This document shows positions 25,369-33,137 of a DNA stretch of 39,860 nucleotides, one piece after another. The notes beneath the pieces were generated by a model. It did no database searches, was not told the origin of the DNA, and saw nothing but the letters and a program-made list of their open reading frames with translations. The DNA comes from a virus, in the UHGV virus genome UHGV-0224961. One strand, 5' to 3'. The position numbers and the translations under genes were made by a program. Positions within the stretch are counted from its first letter, which is position 1, and every line of letters begins with the position of its first letter.

Positions 25369-27881
25369 TGCCAGTCGTACCAACAGTATCCGGACGCCAG
25401 GTTGAGAGCCGTGGAGTTCAGTCAGCAGGCTTGCAGACGTTTTCTCAGCCAGGTATTGGTGATGCTTTTGTTCGGGCAGGGACAGAGGCAATTGATGTTT
25501 TGGGGCAGGCAAAACAGCGTGCCAATATCGCTCTGGCTCAGGAGGCATCTCTTAACCTCAGTCAGATAAGCAGTGATCTGCTGAATAACCCTGAAACAGG
25601 TTTGCTTAACCTGAAAGGGAAAAATGCTATTGGAAAAGGCCATGAGTATACGCAGCAGTTTGATGCTCAGGTCGAACAACTGGCTATGTCGCTGCCGGAT
25701 GAACAGGCTCGTAATGCTTTCATGCAGCAGGCGCAGCAGCAGCGCATTCAGTTCACTACGCAGGCCGGGCGGCACGAGATAGGGCAAATTAATGCCTACG
25801 AAGAAGGTCAGTTTCAGGCGACGCTGCTGAACAATGGTAAAAATGCCGCAGCATTATATGGCGACAATGCCGCATACGTATTGGCTAATAAGCAAACTTT
25901 CCAGCAAATTGAGGAGTACGGTGCTGCACATGGCTGGAGCGACGAGCAAATACAGGCCAAGAAAATCGAGTTTAAAGAGAAGGTTGCTGATGCAGCATTG
26001 TCCCAGTGGTCGGCAAACAATGCGACCGCATTCATCCAAAGTAATGGCGAGTTAAGTGATACTGCTGCTGGAGCTCGCCGTGCTGTAACAGATAGTGGCT
26101 CTTCCGAGCGTGTCCGTGGCATACGCAACAATAACCCCGGAAATCTCGAATACAGCAAAACTAATCCGTGGGTAGGCCAGACCGGTGATGATGGTAGATT
26201 TGCTAAATTCGAAACACCTGAACACGGGATTCGTGCATTAGGGCGGAACCTGATGTCGTATCAGCGGCAGGGTATTGATACCGTCAGCGAGATAATTAAT
26301 CGCTGGGCACCGCCTACTGATAAAAATGACACTATGTCGTATATCAAAGCAGTGTGCGAACAACTTGGCGTTTCTGCTGATGAGCCTCTCGATGCATCAA
26401 ATCCTGATACCCTGAAGGCGCTTTGTGCAGCCATTATCCATCATGAGAACGGTAGCCAGCCATACAGTGATCAGCAGTTAACTGCTGGTGTCAGTGCAGC
26501 ACTTGGTTTATCAACAATTCCAACCAACACCAAACGCTATACCGGTAATGCAGCATTCGATGCGGCATCTCCTGAGGCTCAGGCAAGTTTTATGCGGCAG
26601 GCGGATCAACTGCGTCGGCAGCAGCAGGCTGAATATAAAACGATGATTGACAGCCAGGTTCGCGATGCGACGGCTGCGTATATGCGTGGCGTTGAATTTC
26701 CTAACCCACCTGGTGAGGCTGATTTTATTGCAGCTTATGGAGTCAGAGAAGGAAACCTGCGATATACCGAGTTTAAGAATACGCAGATCGCCGGACAGTA
26801 TATAGGCTCTTTCCGCAACATGCCGACAAGCAGCATTACAGCATATGTTGAGCAATTACGCCCGGATACTGGTGAGACAGGGGAGGGTTATGCGGCTCGC
26901 GCAGCTCTTTATGACAACGTTGTTTCGGCTGCAAATCAGGTGATAAAGCAGCGGCAGTCTGATCCTGTGCAGTTCTCTCTTGCCTCTGGACAGGCAAAGC
27001 CTATCGACATGAGCAATAAGGATAACTTTGGACAGAGCGTTGCCTTGCGTGCCGCTCAGGTCAGTGACCTTGCTAAGTCATATGGCACTCCACTGACGTT
27101 CTTTTCCAAAGACGAGGCCAATCAGATCGGTGTTTTTTTTCGTGATGCTCCAGTTTCCCAACAGGCAGCATATCTCGATACCATCAGGCAGAGCACTGGT
27201 GGTGGGCAGGTGTATATGTCAGCACTACAGCAGATCAGTGCCAACGCTCCATCTGCTGCCGTTGCCGGGATACTGATGGATAAGCCTGGTGGTATTTTGG
27301 CAGAAAAAAACTGGTTTAATCCGGATGTTTCCGTGTCTCCTGAAACCGCTGCGCAGACAATTCTTGCTGGCGCGGCGGCTCGTAAAGGTACTGATGATGC
27401 GAAAGGTATTCCGATGCCTAAAGATGCTGATCTTCGCCTTGAGTTTTCTGACATGGTGAAGGATGCATTTGCTGGTGACGCTCAGGGGGCATCAATGGCA
27501 TACGAGATCGCAAAGGATTATTACGCTGGTGTGATGGCGAAAAAAGGCGTGGTATCAGGCGAAATTGACAATGATGTATGGAAACAGGCTGTTAACGTAG
27601 CTACAGGTGGCGTGCATGACTATAACGGAATGGGGAATGTCCTTTTGCCGTGGGGAATGTCTGCAGAGCAATTCGATAAGCAGGTTAATCAGGCTTGGAA
27701 TGAACAAGTTGTCGGCTCTGGGATAAAAACACCGCCTGGTCAGTATGGTTTGCAAAGTTACGGCGATAGTCAGTACCTGGTGAAACTTGGTACTGGTTAT
27801 CTGCTGAAAGATGATGGTTCTCCCGTTGTTCTTAATCTGACACAGAAGCGTCAGAGATTCTCCGGAGATATTCCGCAATGA
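25368..27881 (+). CDS. Internal core / ejection protein (gp15-like position)
   Basis: 837 aa from ATG 25368 (TAATG overlap with the previous gene). Confidence 0.6.
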   Translation: MPVVPTVSGRQVESRGVQSAGLQTFSQPGIGDAFVRAGTEAIDVLGQAKQRANIALAQEASLNLSQISSDLLNNPETGLLNLKGKNAIGKGHEYTQQFDAQVEQLAMSLPDEQARNAFMQQAQQQRIQFTTQAGRHEIGQINAYEEGQFQATLLNNGKNAAALYGDNAAYVLANKQTFQQIEEYGAAHGWSDEQIQAKKIEFKEKVADAALSQWSANNATAFIQSNGELSDTAAGARRAVTDSGSSERVRGIRNNNPGNLEYSKTNPWVGQTGDDGRFAKFETPEHGIRALGRNLMSYQRQGIDTVSEIINRWAPPTDKNDTMSYIKAVCEQLGVSADEPLDASNPDTLKALCAAIIHHENGSQPYSDQQLTAGVSAALGLSTIPTNTKRYTGNAAFDAASPEAQASFMRQADQLRRQQQAEYKTMIDSQVRDATAAYMRGVEFPNPPGEADFIAAYGVREGNLRYTEFKNTQIAGQYIGSFRNMPTSSITAYVEQLRPDTGETGEGYAARAALYDNVVSAANQVIKQRQSDPVQFSLASGQAKPIDMSNKDNFGQSVALRAAQVSDLAKSYGTPLTFFSKDEANQIGVFFRDAPVSQQAAYLDTIRQSTGGGQVYMSALQQISANAPSAAVAGILMDKPGGILAEKNWFNPDVSVSPETAAQTILAGAAARKGTDDAKGIPMPKDADLRLEFSDMVKDAFAGDAQGASMAYEIAKDYYAGVMAKKGVVSGEIDNDVWKQAVNVATGGVHDYNGMGNVLLPWGMSAEQFDKQVNQAWNEQVVGSGIKTPPGQYGLQSYGDSQYLVKLGTGYLLKDDGSPVVLNLTQKRQRFSGDIPQ

Positions 27882-29680
27882 GTTACTTTGGCCTTAATCC
27901 AGTAAACCAGAATCAGCAGCTTGACGAAGCAGCATCAAATCCAGCTGGCTTTAACAGCGATGTTGGTTTTTTCGACAATGCTGTAGGAGCGGCATTGTCT
28001 GGTTTGTACTCAGGGCTGGTGGCAAAGCCAGATCAGTTGCTATGGGCAGGGATGGATAAAATCGTATCCCCGATTGCTCAGTTTGTTAACGAAAACACCT
28101 CGCTCAATGATACTTCAGTTTCATACATTGCCGAGCAGAGAAAACTAGCAGAGCAGCAGGTTAAGCGGCTGACGCCTGATGCCGCGACAACTGGAACCGC
28201 TGGGCAGGTTCTTTATGGGTTGTTCGATATGGGCGGGCAGGCTGTTGTCGGTACAACGCTCGGTGGTTCTGTCGGAGGTGCAGCAGCGGTAACTTCGCTA
28301 CAGGGTTTTTCTGAGTTTGAACGGCTGACAGCACAGGGTGTTGATTTCAGGACGGCGCAGGAAGCGGGATTAGTGCAGGGCATTACTGCTGGTGCCGGAA
28401 CGCTGATCCCTATGAGCCTCGGGTTACGTGCTGGTGGTGCGCTGGCGGAAGGTGTGGCGGCTCAGCTTGCGCGGACGGGTGAGAGTTCAGTGCGACGCGC
28501 CGCAGCAACAGCAGTACGTGCAACGCCAGATATTGCCTATGCCGCAGGTACAAATATTGCGTTCGGTATGGCACAGCGTGGGCTTACTGCAAAAACACTT
28601 CGTGATGGTGGCTATAGCGAAATGGCTAACCAGTATGATGTGTTGGATCGACAGGCAATTGCTATTGATGCTGTTCTTGGGGTGGCGTTTGGTGGTGTCG
28701 GCAGATTTATTAACTCTCGCGGCGAGTCTACAAACGCACCAAATTTTTCACCAGTTGATATCGATGCTGCACTGGCGGCGAATGCCGCTCATCATGCTGA
28801 AATTGATATTGCGCCCGGCGTGCCGATCAACGTGCTTTCGCGCAATTCTCACATTCAGGCTCTGCGAAAAGCTATGTCTGATGTTAGCCAGGGGAGACCT
28901 GTAGACGTTGCCAGCATTGTTGAGTCTGCATCTTTCAGTGAAATTCCTTGGCGCAAGAGTCTGCTGTCTCAGGCAGTTAATGAGGCTCTGTCATCTGTAG
29001 ATGATGGAGTAACGGCGCGCGCTATAGAAAATCGGTTGCTTGAAGAACAGGCCGCGCAGCTTTTGCCGCGTGGAGATAGACAGGTTTACCAGTCTGAAAT
29101 CGCTAATAGCCAACGAATTATTGAAAATCTCACTGAACAGCGTGCACAAATTCTTGCAGAAGAGCCAACCGGTAGCGGTAAAGCTTTGTCTCGTGCTCGA
29201 TCAGATAAACAGGCCAGACTTCGCGATATTGATCAACGAATCCGGCAGGCACAAGAACGCCTGGAATTTTCCCGTAACGCGTTGGCACCGCACGAGCCTG
29301 GCGGTCAGTTTTTTGAAGCTCGAGCAGAACTGGCTCGGAGACAGCAGGCAGAAAGTGAACTTAATGCTCAGGCTGTTTCATTCTATAAAACAGCAGAGGT
29401 CAGGACGCCAGACGAAGTAGCTCCTTTTGAGCCTGATAAAATATTGCAACAGGCAGAACAAAAAATGATGTCAGATCAGGCAGGAGATATTGATCTGCGC
29501 ATAGCTGAAGACTCGCTGCTTGAATCACCTGACATGATAATCACCGTGCTGGATGATGATGGTAATCCACAATCGCGCAGTGCGCGTGAAGTACTGGATG
29601 AAGCGAACAGGGAAAGTGAGCAGGTAATACAGGATTCCAGCCTGTTTGATGTTGCTGTGGCGTGTTTCTTGAGAGGTTAA
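27878..29680 (+). CDS. Internal core / ejection protein
   Basis: 600 aa; Ala/Gly-rich N-terminal half. Confidence 0.55.
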   Translation: MSYFGLNPVNQNQQLDEAASNPAGFNSDVGFFDNAVGAALSGLYSGLVAKPDQLLWAGMDKIVSPIAQFVNENTSLNDTSVSYIAEQRKLAEQQVKRLTPDAATTGTAGQVLYGLFDMGGQAVVGTTLGGSVGGAAAVTSLQGFSEFERLTAQGVDFRTAQEAGLVQGITAGAGTLIPMSLGLRAGGALAEGVAAQLARTGESSVRRAAATAVRATPDIAYAAGTNIAFGMAQRGLTAKTLRDGGYSEMANQYDVLDRQAIAIDAVLGVAFGGVGRFINSRGESTNAPNFSPVDIDAALAANAAHHAEIDIAPGVPINVLSRNSHIQALRKAMSDVSQGRPVDVASIVESASFSEIPWRKSLLSQAVNEALSSVDDGVTARAIENRLLEEQAAQLLPRGDRQVYQSEIANSQRIIENLTEQRAQILAEEPTGSGKALSRARSDKQARLRDIDQRIRQAQERLEFSRNALAPHEPGGQFFEARAELARRQQAESELNAQAVSFYKTAEVRTPDEVAPFEPDKILQQAEQKMMSDQAGDIDLRIAEDSLLESPDMIITVLDDDGNPQSRSAREVLDEANRESEQVIQDSSLFDVAVACFLRG

Positions 29681-29685
29681 ATTAA

Positions 29686-32160
29686 ATGAGACAGGAATGT
29701 ATACAAGCGGTCCAGCAGGCGGCGCAGCGCACGTTAACGGCGCGAGAAATACAGAACATTGAAGACCGCATTTATCGAAATATGCGCTCCATTGCTCGTG
29801 ATGACCCGATGTCGTGGCGACAACTTTCCGAATCAGAACGGTTGTATCGTGCAGCACAATTGGCATCTGAAGAATTACAGCGAGAAGCGGCATTAAAGAA
29901 ACGTCGTGTGGCCCTCACTATAGCCGCACGTCAGAGATTGGATAAATTTATCAATAGCTATCAAGGGGCTGATGGGAAACTTGGCGCTCTTAACCGTACT
30001 ATTGCTTTTAATGCAGACGGTAAATCGAATTTCCTCTCTGTTGAATCCAGAACAAAAGCCACCCGTGATTATGCATTGAGTCAATTGCAGGAGGCATTCG
30101 AAGCAGTTGATCCTCGCTTTTTTGGTCTGTTTGAAGATGAAGCGGGCGTACGTGACCTGGTATATGAAATGCGGGGGCAAAATACTGGCAATGCTAAAGC
30201 AAGAAAAGGTGCTAAGGCGTGGAGAGAAGTTACAGAGCTGCTGCGCCGCAGGTTTAATGATGCTGGTGGGGACATTGGCTATCTCGAAAACTGGGGGATC
30301 CCTCAACATCATTCTATGGAAAAGGTTGGGGCGGTATCAAAAGATAAATGGGTTAGCGATGTTATAGGTAAGCTGGATCGCAAATATTATACCCGAGCCG
30401 ATGGACAACTGATGAACGATGCCGAGTTGTCTGCATTTCTTGGAGAGGCTTATAACACGATCGCTACTGGTGGGCTGAATAAGCTTACTGATACCGGAAT
30501 GCGAATTTCCGGCGCACGTGCTAACCGTGGTAATGCATCACGACAGATACATTTCAAAGATGCAGATTCCTATCTGCAATATCAGCAACTTTATGGCGAT
30601 CGCTCTCTATGGGAAATCATGGTCGGTCACCTTGAAGGTATCAGTAAAGATATTGCACTGGTGGAAACATATGGCCCAAACCCCGATCATGTTTTCCGCT
30701 CTCTTCTTGATCAGGTGAAGGCAGAAACGGCAACAGCTAACCCGAGTAAAACCGGTAAAGTCGAGCGGCTGGCGAACAACACAGAGAATCTGTACAACTT
30801 TATTTCCGGAAAGACACAGCCTGTAGCGAATCCGCACATCGCGCGATGGTCTGACAATATCCGCAACTGGCTGGTTGCCAGCAGACTCGGATCCGCGTTG
30901 CTGTCATCGTTCTCTGATCTTGGAACCATGTATCTGTCTGCGAAGGTTACCAACCTTCCAATGAACCAGTTATTCCGCAACCAGCTTGAAGCTATGGACC
31001 CAACGAACCGTACAGAACTTGCGCGGGCGCGCCGCGCTGGTCTGGCGATGGAATCTCTACTTGGCAGCGTTAACCGCTGGGCGATGGATAATATGGGGCC
31101 GTCTGTGTCTCGTTGGGCTGCAACGGCGGTAATGCGTGCCAGTGGGCTTACAGCATGGTCAGATGCGCACAAGCGCGCCTATGGCGTAACCATGATGGGA
31201 AGCCTGGGAGAAGTAGTGTCACGGACACCAGACCTTCGTAGCCTCGATGATTCTGATTTTCGTATCCTGAAAAGCAAAGGGATTACTGACACAGACTGGA
31301 GCGTATGGAAGCTGGCGCAACAGGAGGACTGGGGGAACGGCAATAATACGATGCTGACACCGGAAAGCATTATGCGTATCCCTGATTCAGCAGTTAAACA
31401 TCTTGGTGAGCCTGAACGCGTGAAATTTGAGGCAATGCGTAAACTGCTCGGTGCCGTAACTGAAGAAGTTGATATGGCTGTTATTACACCGGGAGCACGT
31501 GAGCAACTGATAACCGGTTCTGGTATTCAGCGTGGAACATGGAAAGGTGAATTAACGAGAAGTGTTTTCCTGTTTAAATCGTTCCCTATCTCGGTGGTTA
31601 TGCGTCACTGGTCACGCGCTATGGGTATGCCGTCTGCTGGTGGGCGTGCGGCATATATTGCGACGTTTATTGCCAGTACGACCATTCTTGGCGCTTTGTC
31701 GCAGCAACTTAACGACCTTGCGTCTGGTCGTAATCCTCGCGAGATGACAGGAGAAGATGCTGCTAAATTTTGGCTTGGTGCTCTACTGAAAGGTGGTGGT
31801 CTTGGCCTTTACGGTGACTTTTTATTGTCAGATCACACTAGGTACGGAAGCGGCGCGCTGGCGTCGATGCTTGGCCCGGTAGCTGGTCTGGTTGATGACG
31901 TAGTGAAGATTGCTCAGGGCATACCGTTAAATGCTGTGGAAGGGAAGAGTGAGCAGACTGGTGGTGATCTGGTGAAGCTGGGGAAAGGTTTGATGCCAGG
32001 TGCGAATCTCTGGTACTTAAAGGCGGCTCTCGATCATATGATCTTTAACCAGATGCAGGAGTATTTTTCACCAGGCTATTTGCGTAAAATGGAGCAACGT
32101 TCGAAGAAAGAGTTTAACCAGACATACTGGTGGCGACCTCAGGATGTCACTCCGCAATAA
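29686..32160 (+). CDS. Internal core / ejection protein (gp16-like position)
   Basis: 824 aa; last large gene before the tailspike region. Confidence 0.55.
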   Translation: MRQECIQAVQQAAQRTLTAREIQNIEDRIYRNMRSIARDDPMSWRQLSESERLYRAAQLASEELQREAALKKRRVALTIAARQRLDKFINSYQGADGKLGALNRTIAFNADGKSNFLSVESRTKATRDYALSQLQEAFEAVDPRFFGLFEDEAGVRDLVYEMRGQNTGNAKARKGAKAWREVTELLRRRFNDAGGDIGYLENWGIPQHHSMEKVGAVSKDKWVSDVIGKLDRKYYTRADGQLMNDAELSAFLGEAYNTIATGGLNKLTDTGMRISGARANRGNASRQIHFKDADSYLQYQQLYGDRSLWEIMVGHLEGISKDIALVETYGPNPDHVFRSLLDQVKAETATANPSKTGKVERLANNTENLYNFISGKTQPVANPHIARWSDNIRNWLVASRLGSALLSSFSDLGTMYLSAKVTNLPMNQLFRNQLEAMDPTNRTELARARRAGLAMESLLGSVNRWAMDNMGPSVSRWAATAVMRASGLTAWSDAHKRAYGVTMMGSLGEVVSRTPDLRSLDDSDFRILKSKGITDTDWSVWKLAQQEDWGNGNNTMLTPESIMRIPDSAVKHLGEPERVKFEAMRKLLGAVTEEVDMAVITPGAREQLITGSGIQRGTWKGELTRSVFLFKSFPISVVMRHWSRAMGMPSAGGRAAYIATFIASTTILGALSQQLNDLASGRNPREMTGEDAAKFWLGALLKGGGLGLYGDFLLSDHTRYGSGALASMLGPVAGLVDDVVKIAQGIPLNAVEGKSEQTGGDLVKLGKGLMPGANLWYLKAALDHMIFNQMQEYFSPGYLRKMEQRSKKEFNQTYWWRPQDVTPQ

Positions 32161-32169
32161 GGAAGTGTT

Positions 32170-32343
32170 GTGTTTTTAATTATTTTGAGTGTGATAATTT
32201 CTGGTGGGTTGTTATTTATTGACCGCTACAAATATTTTCTTAACCCTCAGACTCAAGCTATTTGCTGGTTCATCTTTGTTGTGCAGGGAATAGTTCTTGT
32301 TGCAAGCCTTATTGAGGGGAGGCCTCTGATTTTTACTGGGTAA
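32170..32343 (+). CDS. Small hydrophobic protein (57 aa; GTG start)
   Basis: Hand-translated VFLIILSVIISGGLLFIDRYKYFLNPQTQAICWFIFVVQGIVLVASLIEGRPLIFTG; GGAAG RBS; below the ORF-track cutoff. Confidence 0.3.
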   Translation: MFLIILSVIISGGLLFIDRYKYFLNPQTQAICWFIFVVQGIVLVASLIEGRPLIFTG

Positions 32344-32355
32344 ATAGGTGACTAC

Positions 32356-32652
32356 ATGCAAGCTATAGGATTCATTGTTTATATCGTCGTTGGTCTTTTT
32401 CAGTTGGCAGCAATTATGGCTGGGCTTGAATCATGGTGGGGATTGCACTGGATAATTGCAGCCCCCATTGCTTTCATCGTGAGCTATATTCCATTTGTTG
32501 GAGCGATTGTTGGTATGGTTGGCGCTGTGGATGTATGGCGGTGGGAGTGGTGGCAGGCTGGCCTTCTCTTCTTTGGTGGGATCATCTTTGCTATTGTCTG
32601 CGGTGGAATGTCATCATTTTTCGAATGGCTATCATTCAGAAAAAGAGCGTGA
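32356..32652 (+). CDS. Small integral membrane protein (about 3 TM segments)
   Basis: 98 aa, very hydrophobic; stop codon lies inside GTGACATGTCAC. Confidence 0.5.
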   Translation: MQAIGFIVYIVVGLFQLAAIMAGLESWWGLHWIIAAPIAFIVSYIPFVGAIVGMVGAVDVWRWEWWQAGLLFFGGIIFAIVCGGMSSFFEWLSFRKRA

Positions 32653-32660
32653 CATGTCAC
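32649..32660. promoter_or_regulatory. Perfect 12-bp palindrome GTGACATGTCAC
   Basis: Identical to 13171-13182; followed by the hairpin at 32661-32678. Confidence 0.45.
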
Positions 32661-32686
32661 AGGCCGCTCTTGCGGCCTTTAAATTT
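32661..32686. terminator. Terminator-like hairpin aggccgc-tctt-gcggcct between convergent genes
   Basis: 7-bp stem followed by ttaaattt. Confidence 0.5.
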
Positions 32687-32942
32687 ACCGGGTTTGTTTT
32701 CGTAATTGTTCGGCACAATAGTCGAGATGTGTTTGCAGATCCCGCATAGACATCTGTGAGCTGGTGACGTAGTTAATCAGTGCAGTCAGTTCGGCAAGTG
32801 GGCCATCGACATTAAATCCATCCTTATCGAGATCCCGGAGTAATTTCATCAAGTGCGATCCCTCCACCAGTGACCTGACGCCTCCCGGCGTGTGAATCCT
32901 TTCGGTAAATCCGTCTTCCAGTGGATAGTGATACTGCTGCAT
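32685..32942 (-). CDS. Small protein (85 aa) behind a LexA box; candidate SOS-inducible antirepressor
   Basis: Start ATG 32942 with GGAGAAG RBS; LexA box 22-37 nt upstream; an alternative start at 33008 would place the box inside the coding sequence. Confidence 0.5.
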   Translation of the reverse strand: MQQYHYPLEDGFTERIHTPGGVRSLVEGSHLMKLLRDLDKDGFNVDGPLAELTALINYVTSSQMSMRDLQTHLDYCAEQLRKQTR

Positions 32943-32963
32943 CTTATCTTCTCCATGCAATAA

Positions 32964-32979
32964 CTGTATATTTATACAG
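32964..32979. promoter_or_regulatory. LexA (SOS) box CTGT-ATATTTAT-ACAG
   Basis: aACTGTATATTTATACAGTa matches the E. coli consensus TACTGT(AT)4ACAGTA with one spacer change; contains a TATAAAT -10-like element on the minus strand. Confidence 0.7.
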
Positions 32980-33018
32980 TAGCAAATAATTTGTTTGCTA
33001 TCCAGCACGTTTTGCGAA

Positions 33019-33073
33019 TCACCTGAAAGGTAATATCTGTTCGTATTTATGGGTTATCTATCCATATGTGGTT
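33019..33073. promoter_or_regulatory. Operator-like TCACC-TGAAA-GGTAA (33019-33033) plus TATCTA...TATGTGGTT motif (33055-33073) upstream of the tailspike
   Basis: Same motif family as at 8239 and 16077. Confidence 0.5.
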
Positions 33074-33137
33074 TTTCAGGTAATAGAATAACCGGATATG
33101 CGGCGCAACGGGTGCTGCGACTATCTGGAGATTTAAC

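Noticed and set aside
28428-28904. Alternative-frame ORFs inside the large internal-core genes (for example 28428-28904, 29040-29420, 30711-31172)
   Set aside because: Nested within long, tightly coupled structural genes with no independent support.
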